NCBI GenBank assembly: GCA_934131695.1
Contig: CAKOZV010000001.1
Location: 74,060 to 138,059, forward strand
Direction: 5' to 3'
Length of the DNA: 64,000 nucleotides
From: an uncultured Bacilli bacterium
Lineage (GTDB): Bacteria > Bacillota_I > Bacilli_A > RF39 > UBA660
A program made the position numbers and the translations under genes. Shown here one piece after another: positions 29,173 to 37,363 of this stretch (within the stretch, counting starts at the first letter, position 1; each line of letters opens with the position of its first letter). The notes under the pieces are model-generated. The model saw nothing but the letters and a program-made list of their open reading frames with translations. It was not told the DNA's origin and searched no databases.

Positions 29173-29970
29173 TCATCCTAGAGTTATATCTAATATCATC
29201 ATAAGGACAAAACCAAATAATGTAAAGAAGGCCATCAGGTCTTTTTTTTGATTGGTTTGACTTTCTGGTATCAATTCTTCTACTACAACATAAATCATAG
29301 ATCCAGCTGCAAAAGCTAATAAGAATGGTAGAATAGTCTTTATCTTTAAAACAAGTATAGTACCAATAACTGCTGATATTGGTTCTACTATTCCAGATAG
29401 TTGTCCATAAAAGAAAGCTTTTTTTCTACTGTATCCTTCTCTTCTTAATGGGAGACTAACAGCACTTCCTTCAGGAAAGTTTTGTAAACCTATACCAAGA
29501 GCGATAGTAAGAGCAGATAATAGAGTAGTACCTGTTATGTTATAGGCTAGACTACCAAAAGCTACTCCGACAGCAAGTCCTTCAGGAATATTATGAATAG
29601 TTATAGATGATATTAACATAAAGCATCTTTTTCTACTGCCTTTGTCACCATCCTTCCTTTTATCAACAAGGTTATAGATTTTATCACCAATAAATAGTAA
29701 AGTACCACCTAGTAGGAAACCTATTGATATTATTACTGGTCCATTCATTTTTAAACTTTTTGTCATTTCTAAGGCAGGCTCAATTAGACTAAAGAAACTG
29801 GCTGCTATCATTACTCCTGCAGAAAAGCCAAGCATCGCATCCATTACTGTTTTATTAACCTTTTTAAAGAAAAAGACAATACTAGCTCCTAGAGCAGTTA
29901 CACCCCAAGTGAATAAAGTGGCAATTAATGTTTGCCAAACAGGAGATAAGTTTTTAAATGCTTCAAACAA
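29173..29970 (-). CDS. ZIP-family divalent metal (zinc) transporter
   Basis: HNIPEGLAVG and QNFPEGSAVS motifs with multi-pass topology. TTG at 29970 preceded by AGAGGTG; the ORF-track start at 30036 has no RBS. Confidence 0.8.
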   Translation of the reverse strand: MFEAFKNLSPVWQTLIATLFTWGVTALGASIVFFFKKVNKTVMDAMLGFSAGVMIAASFFSLIEPALEMTKSLKMNGPVIISIGFLLGGTLLFIGDKIYNLVDKRKDGDKGSRKRCFMLISSITIHNIPEGLAVGVAFGSLAYNITGTTLLSALTIALGIGLQNFPEGSAVSLPLRREGYSRKKAFFYGQLSGIVEPISAVIGTILVLKIKTILPFLLAFAAGSMIYVVVEELIPESQTNQKKDLMAFFTLFGFVLMMILDITLG

Positions 29971-30099
29971 TTTTTTCACCTCTATTAGTATGTTATGTAA
30001 TAAATGGTATTTGGAATGGGCATATATATGATGCAAATGTTAGAAGAGATTATATAAGGTTTGCTTTTTGTCTAAATAGAAAAATAAAATAAAAAAGTA

Positions 30100-30128
30100 T
30101 TGACGAACATATGTTTATGAGATATTAT
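30100..30128 (+). promoter_or_regulatory. Sigma-A-type promoter with overlapping LexA (Cheo/SOS) box
   Basis: -35 TTGACG (30100-30105), 17-nt spacer, -10 TATTAT (30123-30128). CGAACATATGTTTA lies at 30104-30117. Confidence 0.6.
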
Positions 30129-30138
30129 ATATACAACT

Positions 30139-31677
30139 TTGGAGGTGATGATTCTGGACTTTACAGTAATGAATTATAAACTTGATAATGACCAACTAGA
30201 AATTGTTAAAGATGATAATAAATACCTCTTTGTTTTAGCAGGAGCAGGTAGTGGAAAAACTTTGACTATACTTGGTAAGATAAAATACTTAATAGAAGAA
30301 AAACATATTCCAAAAGAAGAGATAGTTTGTATTACCTTTACAAATATGGCAGTTGAAAACTTGAAAAAGAAAATAAGAGAAGAAATTAATGACAATATAG
30401 AATGCTATACCTTTCATAAGTTGGCTATGAAAATACTAGATGAGACTAACTATACTTATGAAATAGCTAGTGACGAATTATTAACAATGATTGTGGAAAA
30501 CTTTTTTAATATAGATATTTTATCTTCCCCATATCTTTTAAAAGTAGTATTAAGATATTTTAATATATATTTTAGTAAAGCTTATTATAAGAGCTATCAA
30601 AAAATATTGGTAACTAAAAGTAAGGAAATACTATTACTAAAAAGACAAATAATAACTTTTATTCACTTGTTTAAATGTGGTAACTACAAAATGGAAGATT
30701 ATCAAAAATTCTTTAAAAAGATAAAAAGTTATCTTTTACCATTTACTTATTTAAAAGAAAAGTATTTTCTTTTACTGACTTTAAATATATATCTACTATA
30801 TGAAAAAGAAAAGAAGGAAAATAAAGAACTTGATTTTGATGATTTACTATTTATTGCTAAAGATAGAGTTAAATACTATAAAAGAAAAATATCTTATATC
30901 ATTATTGATGAGTACCAAGATACATCTTATGTTAGATTCTTATTTATTAAAGAATTGGTAGATAAGATGAATAGTTCTTTAATGGTAGTAGGAGATGATT
31001 TTCAATCTATTTATAGATTTAGTGGTTGTGATATAAGTCTTTTTTATAATTTTAAAGATTATTATAAAGAAGCAGTTACTCATAAAATAAGAAATACCTA
31101 TAGAAATAGTGAAGAACTTATAAAAATAGCTAGTGAATTTATATTGAAAAATAAATATCAGTTAAGAAAAGAATTAACATCATTTAAGCATATTGATTAT
31201 CCACTACAAGTTATTTATTCTAATGATTTAAAAAGTACTATTTTAAAGGTACTTGATGTGTTAGATAAAGGGAGTATATTCATTTTAGGTAGAAATAACA
31301 ATGATATAAATCTTATCTTAAGTGATTTGTTAGTAGTTGATAATGATAAGATAATATATAAAAAAAGAAAAGATTTAGTTATTAATTATTTAACCATCCA
31401 TAAGTCTAAAGGACTAGAAGCTGATAATGTTATAGTGATTAACTTTTTTAATAGTGTGCTAGGCTTTCCTAATCAAATAAAAGAAGAAAGGATAATGAGA
31501 TTAGTAACTAAAAAAGCAGAAGATTATCCTTATAATGAAGAAAGAAGGCTATTTTATGTGGCAATAACTAGAACTAGAAATAGGTGTTATTTGTTAGTAC
31601 CTAGTAATAATTACTCAATTTTTATTAAGGAATTAGAAAGAAAAAAGGCACTTGTTAAATTTTTAAGAATGAGATAG
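30139..31677 (+). CDS. UvrD/Rep-family (SF1) helicase, short form
   Basis: GAGSGKT (motif I), IIIDEYQDTS (II), VVGDDFQSIYRFSG (III), TIHKSKGLEAD (V), RRLFYVAITRTR (VI). Start uncertain: TTG 30139, ATG 30148 or ATG 30169. Confidence 0.8.
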   Translation: MEVMILDFTVMNYKLDNDQLEIVKDDNKYLFVLAGAGSGKTLTILGKIKYLIEEKHIPKEEIVCITFTNMAVENLKKKIREEINDNIECYTFHKLAMKILDETNYTYEIASDELLTMIVENFFNIDILSSPYLLKVVLRYFNIYFSKAYYKSYQKILVTKSKEILLLKRQIITFIHLFKCGNYKMEDYQKFFKKIKSYLLPFTYLKEKYFLLLTLNIYLLYEKEKKENKELDFDDLLFIAKDRVKYYKRKISYIIIDEYQDTSYVRFLFIKELVDKMNSSLMVVGDDFQSIYRFSGCDISLFYNFKDYYKEAVTHKIRNTYRNSEELIKIASEFILKNKYQLRKELTSFKHIDYPLQVIYSNDLKSTILKVLDVLDKGSIFILGRNNNDINLILSDLLVVDNDKIIYKKRKDLVINYLTIHKSKGLEADNVIVINFFNSVLGFPNQIKEERIMRLVTKKAEDYPYNEERRLFYVAITRTRNRCYLLVPSNNYSIFIKELERKKALVKFLRMR

Positions 31678-31697
31678 AATTTATGTGGTGAATCAAG

Positions 31698-32069
31698 ATG
31701 AAGATGAGTGAAAAATATATAATAGATAAAAAATTAGAAAGGTTTAAAACTTCTAAATTCCGTAGTAGGTTTCATCTTTCTAATAAAGATAGAAAATATG
31801 TTTCAGATAAGGGTTATAAAGTAATAAAGTCGCATGCTTATGATTTTATAAGTAAACGGTTAGCACCATATCCTACTTTAAATGATGGTAAACAAACACC
31901 AATGAGAGGGCATCCTGTTTTTATTGCTATGCATGCTACAGCTATTTGTTGCAGAACTTGTCTTTCTAAATGGTATCATATAGATAAAAATAGATGCTTA
32001 ACAAAACAAGAAATAGATGAGATAGTAGATACTATAATGGTTTGGATTTACAATGAAATGAGTCAATAA
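31698..32069 (+). CDS. DUF4186-family protein
   Basis: 123 aa. The pattern FRSRFHLSNKDRKYV...HPVFIAMHATAICCRTCLSKWH matches my recollection of DUF4186. 20 nt downstream of the helicase. Confidence 0.6.
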   Translation: MKMSEKYIIDKKLERFKTSKFRSRFHLSNKDRKYVSDKGYKVIKSHAYDFISKRLAPYPTLNDGKQTPMRGHPVFIAMHATAICCRTCLSKWYHIDKNRCLTKQEIDEIVDTIMVWIYNEMSQ

Positions 32070-32085
32070 TAAAAGAATATTATCA

Positions 32086-33630
32086 CTAATATCCTTTATG
32101 TAATAAGTCTCTTATCATTTTAAATGTTAATAAAGCTGATACAATAATTATAAAAGTAAGCATAATAAATTTAGCTAATTCTGTTTTTGTAAAACTATAA
32201 GCTAGGACTAAACAACCATCAATAAAACCAAGTATTAACTCATGAAGAAGATTTTCTAGTTTATCAATATGTTTAGTTGAATTGCTTAGTTCTAATTTAA
32301 GTTTAAAGTTTCCTTGCTTTATATATTTTAGTAAACTTTCTGTCTCTTCCGGAATATTTATTAAGCTTTTACTACTCTTTAAAACTTTTTTCTCTATGCT
32401 TTTTAATGTTTCCCCTGATAGTAAGGCTTTCTTCTCATTTTCTAGTACTTTATCCTTTAAAACACTAGTTAGACTGATAGTGGAATCAAGTGACTGTAAG
32501 ACTCCTTCAATTACACCAATACCACGTATTAGCATAGTAACATTATGGTCTAATATTAAATTATTTTCTTGGAGCATTTTAAACATATCAGTAATAAATT
32601 TCCTAGTATCTATTTCATCAAGACCAAGGGTAGAAAATTCTTCTAAAATTTCTTTAATATTATCAACTAGTTTTTGGTAATCAGTTTCATCTTTCTTTAT
32701 AGACATTGATAATAGACAATTAGCAACTTCTTGATAGTCTTCTGTAATAATAGCTTTCATACATTTATTTAATAAAGCTCTATTAAGTTTTGATAGAGTT
32801 CCTACCATACCCCAGTCTAGAAAATATATTTTATCATTATAAATTGTTATATTGTCAGGATGAGGATCAGCATGAAACATACCATCTTCTAAAGCTTGCT
32901 TGATATAGTTTTTACTCAACTCTTTAGCAATAAGACTCTTATCATAATTTTCATTATCTAATTTTTCTATATTAGATATCATTATGCCATCAATATATTC
33001 CATGACTAAAATATTTTTAGTTGATAATTCTTCTATCACTTTAGGGGAAGATATATAAGAAATAGATTTGTTATGATTTTCAAAGAACAACATATTTTCT
33101 TTTTCCTTAGAAAAATCCAGTTCCATCATGGTAGTTGTGTATAACTCATCTAATACCTTATCTAAATCCATTATTTTGATAAAGTGATTAAGATGTAATA
33201 TTTTAGTAGCTTGCTTTAATAACTCTATATCTTGTTTTATTTCTTCTTCAATATTTGGTCTTCTGATTTTTAAAACAACAGTTCTTTTATCTTTTAACCT
33301 TGCCTTATGAACTTGTGCAATAGAAGCTGATCCAATTGGCTTTTCGTAGATATGGGCAAATATACTATCTAAATTTTTGTACTCTTTCTTAAGAATCTTT
33401 TCTATTTGTGAATAAGGTAGTGGCGTAACGTTGCCTCTTAATTTCGATAATTCTTTAGCATATTCATTAGGAATTAAATCAACTCTTGTAGAAAGAATTT
33501 GCCCTATTTTTATAAAAGTTGGTCCTAAGTCTTCAATGGTCTTTCTAAGATTTTTAGGACTTCTGTCATCTACTAAATTATTAATTTTTATAATACTTAT
33601 TATTTCTATTAATCTGTTTTTATTATTCAT
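32086..33630 (-). CDS. ABC1/UbiB-family atypical kinase with C-terminal TM segments
   Basis: GSASIAQVHKA, HADPHPDN and FLDWG kinase-like motifs. ATG at 33630 preferred (GGTGA RBS). Confidence 0.8.
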   Translation of the reverse strand: MNNKNRLIEIISIIKINNLVDDRSPKNLRKTIEDLGPTFIKIGQILSTRVDLIPNEYAKELSKLRGNVTPLPYSQIEKILKKEYKNLDSIFAHIYEKPIGSASIAQVHKARLKDKRTVVLKIRRPNIEEEIKQDIELLKQATKILHLNHFIKIMDLDKVLDELYTTTMMELDFSKEKENMLFFENHNKSISYISSPKVIEELSTKNILVMEYIDGIMISNIEKLDNENYDKSLIAKELSKNYIKQALEDGMFHADPHPDNITIYNDKIYFLDWGMVGTLSKLNRALLNKCMKAIITEDYQEVANCLLSMSIKKDETDYQKLVDNIKEILEEFSTLGLDEIDTRKFITDMFKMLQENNLILDHNVTMLIRGIGVIEGVLQSLDSTISLTSVLKDKVLENEKKALLSGETLKSIEKKVLKSSKSLINIPEETESLLKYIKQGNFKLKLELSNSTKHIDKLENLLHELILGFIDGCLVLAYSFTKTELAKFIMLTFIIIVSALLTFKMIRDLLHKGY

Positions 33631-33684
33631 ATCATTCACCATCCTAATTATATATAAAAAACTAGACATAAGTCTAGTAATTTA

Positions 33685-34995
33685 CTATAAAGTATCAATT
33701 TGATTATCGTTGTTTACATTAGATTGTTGATTATTAACAGTATCTGTGGATAAAGTTTGATTTGCAAGATTATTATCAACATTAGTTGTGGAAAATATGT
33801 TTGTTGTTTGAACTGGTTGTGAAGAACTCTGATTATCCACTGAACTTGTGGATAAAGTTTCATTTACAGGTATATTATTAACATTGGTTGTGGAAAGTAT
33901 GCTTGCAGTTTGAACTGGTTGTGAAGAACTCTGATTATCCACTGAGCTTGTGGATAAAGTTTCGTTTACAGGTATATTATCAACATTAGTTGTGGAAAAA
34001 ACTGGTGATTGTGAACTTGTAGAAGTTTGCTCTAGTAAGTTTTGATTTGAATACATATCCGCAATATTTGATTTTTTATCTGGCTGTTGATAAAAAGCTT
34101 CAACCTTATTAATATTTTCATTACTTTGATTGTCAATATTTTGACTTGTTACATTATTGCTCATAATTGGTGTTTCAACAGAAGAATTAAAAGTTGTAGT
34201 TTGTTTATCATTAGTTACATCTTTATTAGAAACTTTGTTTTTCTTGCCTTTATTTAAAATACTTACTATAACGATAATAATTAATAAGACTATAACTCCG
34301 CCACATATATAAATATTAGTCTTATTATATAATGCAAAAGAAAATTCTATTTTATCTTCCCCAGTAGATGATAAATCCCAACTTAAATCTTTATCATCAT
34401 TTTTCTTAGTAGTAGCATTACTACTTATAGCTTTATAAGGTAACTTAACATTGAAACTTAAATCCATATTAGTATTCATATTAGAAAAATCAAAATCAGA
34501 GTCTGTTGTAGTATTATTATCATCTATTGTAAAATCGTTATCAATTGTTGTGTCATCACTTGTACTATTATTTAAATCGCTGTCTGATGAATCAAATTTG
34601 AAACTAGCTGTATAAGTGTTTTTTAAAAACCCTTTTTTAACTTTAAATACTTTACTTTCACTCTTGTTACTATCAAGTAATCCTGATAAATCGTAAGTTG
34701 TATCGTTAGTAGAACTTACATCATCAATATTTTTAATATTTTTAGATAATTTTAATCCATTCATATTACCATCAACATAATTGGAAACTGTAAATCCTTT
34801 ATTTTCTAGTTCCTTTTTATCATCACTAGTTAATATTTCTTGATCTCCAAATAATGATTTGTCAAAGGCATATATTACTGTATAATCTATTGACTTATCT
34901 TTCTTTATTTCCATTGTAGAATTAAACTTTACACATCCTGTTAGGGAAATAACTAACAGGATTAACAATGCTGTTAATTTAATATTTTTTTTCAT
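33685..34995 (-). CDS. Lipoprotein with a TM segment and a repeat-rich S/T/N/Q tail
   Basis: Lipobox LSLTGC, a mid-protein TM (ICGGVIVLLIIIVIVSIL), and a C-terminal region holding 34-aa tandem repeats. Confidence 0.65.
   Translation of the reverse strand: MKKNIKLTALLILLVISLTGCVKFNSTMEIKKDKSIDYTVIYAFDKSLFGDQEILTSDDKKELENKGFTVSNYVDGNMNGLKLSKNIKNIDDVSSTNDTTYDLSGLLDSNKSESKVFKVKKGFLKNTYTASFKFDSSDSDLNNSTSDDTTIDNDFTIDDNNTTTDSDFDFSNMNTNMDLSFNVKLPYKAISSNATTKKNDDKDLSWDLSSTGEDKIEFSFALYNKTNIYICGGVIVLLIIIVIVSILNKGKKNKVSNKDVTNDKQTTTFNSSVETPIMSNNVTSQNIDNQSNENINKVEAFYQQPDKKSNIADMYSNQNLLEQTSTSSQSPVFSTTNVDNIPVNETLSTSSVDNQSSSQPVQTASILSTTNVNNIPVNETLSTSSVDNQSSSQPVQTTNIFSTTNVDNNLANQTLSTDTVNNQQSNVNNDNQIDTL
33806..34009. 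repeat. Two near-identical 102-bp tandem repeats inside the lipoprotein gene
   Basis: The unit starting GTTTGAACTGGTTGTGAAGAACTCTGATTATCCACTGA... begins at 33806 and again at 33908. A diverged partial copy lies on each side. Confidence 0.85.
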
Positions 34996-35171
34996 TTTTA
35001 CTCCTAACTTTCAATTTGTTTTTATTGTTAAAAATTTTCACTAATATACTATCACCACCAAACACCTTATCTCTATTATCATTATAGACCATATCTAATG
35101 AAAAATAAATTAAAAATTTACAATCATTGTCAAGTGAAATGTAATATCTAGATAGCTTAATAATTACAAAT

Positions 35172-35198
35172 AAAAAACTGTCAGAAAGATTCTGACAG
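35172..35198 (-). terminator. Rho-independent terminator downstream of tRNA-Trp
   Basis: CTGTCAGA / TCTGACAG 8-bp stem, 5-nt loop, U6 tract on the minus strand. Confidence 0.7.
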
Positions 35199-35212
35199 TT
35201 TAATAATCTAAA

Positions 35213-35285
35213 TGGCAGGGGATGAGAGAATCGAACTCCCATCTAAAGTTTTGGAGACTCCTATTTTACCATTAAACTAATCCCC
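35213..35285 (-). tRNA. trnW: tRNA-Trp (anticodon CCA), 3' CCA encoded
   Basis: The reverse complement GGGGATTAGTTTAATGGTAAAATAGGAGTCTCCAAAACTTTAGATGGGAGTTCGATTCTCTCATCCCCTGCCA folds as a cloverleaf: 7-bp acceptor stem, anticodon loop CTCCAAA, T-loop GTTCGATTC. Confidence 0.9.
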
Positions 35286-35409
35286 TAACTGCTACAACTA
35301 GATTATAGCACATAACTTAGTTATTTAACAAGACCTTTTCTGTGCTATAATAGATAAAAATTTAATATTTATTTAATAAATAAATGATTAACTAATATTG
35401 GTGATGAGT

Positions 35410-36096
35410 ATGAAAGTATTAATTATTGAAGATGAATATAATTTAGCAGATGTGATTAAAGAAAGATTAGAAAAAGAAAAATTAATTGTTGATATAGTAG
35501 AAGATGGAGAAGAAGGGTACTATTATGCTTCAACTAATACATATGACTTAATAATATTAGATGTGATGCTTCCTAATATGTCTGGCTTTCAGATACTTAA
35601 TAAATTGAGAACTGATAATATAAATAGTAAAATAATTATGTTAACAGCAAGGTCTACTATTGAAGATAAATTAAATGGTTTAGAGAATGGAGCAGATGAT
35701 TATCTAACTAAACCGTTTCATATGGATGAATTAGTAGCAAGAGTAAATATTCAATTAAAAAGAAACAATAATAATAATAACTTGTTATTTGGTGATTTAG
35801 TACTTAATACTACTACCTTGAAAGTAACTTGCGCTAAGACTAATGAAGTAGTAGAGCTGATAAAAAAAGAATTTCAATTATTAGAGTACTTTATTAATAA
35901 TCCTAATCAAGTATTATCTAAAGAACAGATATATGATAGAGTCTGGGGAATAGAGAATGAAATAGAATCTAATAATCTAGAAGCTTATCTATCATTTATT
36001 AGAAAAAAACTAAGAGCGATAGAATCTAAAGTAGTAATTAAATCAGTAAGAGGAATGGGGTATAAGATAGAATATGGAAATAAAGAAATTAAGTAA
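35410..36096 (+). CDS. OmpR-family response regulator
   Basis: Receiver domain (ILDVMLP..., TARS, KPF) plus a winged-helix C-terminus (RGMGYKI). Confidence 0.88.
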   Translation: MKVLIIEDEYNLADVIKERLEKEKLIVDIVEDGEEGYYYASTNTYDLIILDVMLPNMSGFQILNKLRTDNINSKIIMLTARSTIEDKLNGLENGADDYLTKPFHMDELVARVNIQLKRNNNNNNLLFGDLVLNTTTLKVTCAKTNEVVELIKKEFQLLEYFINNPNQVLSKEQIYDRVWGIENEIESNNLEAYLSFIRKKLRAIESKVVIKSVRGMGYKIEYGNKEIK

Positions 36097-37306
36097 AAAA
36101 ATATTTTATACCCTAGTTCTAATATTAACTATCTCTATGTTGACGGTAGTAAGTATCTTTAATGTTCAAAACTATTTGGAACAGAAAATTTCTATTAATA
36201 ATAGCTTAAATGTTTCTCTTAATAAAAGAGATAGAAAAATACCGCCAGCTAAGATAAAGGAACGTAGTGATATTGATAATGTAGAAAATAGAAATATTAA
36301 ATTTATGGATTCAGTAATATACACGATACTTTTAGATGATAATGATAATATTCTAGATGTTATTAATCATTCTAATAACGAAGTATCTAATGAAAAGATA
36401 AGTGAACTAGCTAGAAAAATACTTAAAGATAAAAAGACTAGAACTAGATATATTGGTTGCTTATATCTAAGTGATTATTCATATTCATACTTAAAAGGGG
36501 ATACATTAGTGATACTTGATAATAGTAAGATTAAAAAGTCTTTGCAATTATCTTTAGAAATGTCTATCTTAATCCTTAGTATTTTAGAACTATTAATTAT
36601 TATAGGTAGTAAATATTTAACTACTTGGTTGATTAAACCAGTAAAAGAAAGTTTTGATAAACAGAAACAATTTATTGCTGATGCCTCTCATGAACTAAAA
36701 ACTCCTTTATCAGTCATAGTAGCTAGTAGTGAAGCGATAGATATAGATGAGAAAAATAGTAAATGGTTAAAGAATATAGAATATGAAACTAATAGAATGA
36801 ATCTTCTTATTAGTAAACTACTTAGTCTTGCTAAGAGTGAGCAGATGGAGAAAGTTAAATTAGTTAATAATAATTTTTCTAAAATAGTAGAGTTATCATT
36901 ATTGACATTTGAAGGAAGAGCATATGAAAAAGATATTAAATTTAATTATGATATAGAAGATAATATTTTAATGTTAATGGATGAAGATAGTATTAAAGAA
37001 TTAGTAGAAATACTACTTGATAATGCTATTAAACACTCTAAGAAAAAAGGAACAATTAATATTTCCTTAAAAAGAGATGGACAAATAACCTTACTAGTAC
37101 AAAATGAGGGAGAAGCTATTCCTAAAGGAGAAGAAGAAAAAATATTTGAAAGATTTTACCGTGTTGATAAAGCTAGAAATAGAAAAGATAACAGATATGG
37201 TTTAGGACTAGCTATTGCTAAAAATATTGTTTTATTACATAAAGGTAAGATAAAAGCTTCATCAATGGATGGTATAACAACATTTCAAGTGACATTTAAG
37301 AAATAG
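36074..37306 (+). CDS. Sensor histidine kinase
   Basis: Two TM segments, H-box FIADASHELKTPLS, N box DNAIKHS, G boxes GLGLAIAK. Overlaps the regulator gene by 23 nt. Confidence 0.88.
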   Translation: MEIKKLSKKIFYTLVLILTISMLTVVSIFNVQNYLEQKISINNSLNVSLNKRDRKIPPAKIKERSDIDNVENRNIKFMDSVIYTILLDDNDNILDVINHSNNEVSNEKISELARKILKDKKTRTRYIGCLYLSDYSYSYLKGDTLVILDNSKIKKSLQLSLEMSILILSILELLIIIGSKYLTTWLIKPVKESFDKQKQFIADASHELKTPLSVIVASSEAIDIDEKNSKWLKNIEYETNRMNLLISKLLSLAKSEQMEKVKLVNNNFSKIVELSLLTFEGRAYEKDIKFNYDIEDNILMLMDEDSIKELVEILLDNAIKHSKKKGTINISLKRDGQITLLVQNEGEAIPKGEEEKIFERFYRVDKARNRKDNRYGLGLAIAKNIVLLHKGKIKASSMDGITTFQVTFKK

Positions 37307-37363
37307 ATGGTTTTAGAGGATTATATAATGCAAGAATAAAAGAGTAGTATTTACTGGAAACAA

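Noticed and set aside
34979-35242. 87-aa ORF on the minus strand
   Set aside because: It overlaps the tRNA-Trp gene and its terminator. No RBS, and a low-complexity translation.
35213-35285. Mollicute-style UGA=Trp recoding (suggested by the N-less clpB and very low GC)
   Set aside because: The tRNA-Trp anticodon is CCA. TGA also terminates conserved genes at the expected length (truA, dnaD, VanY).
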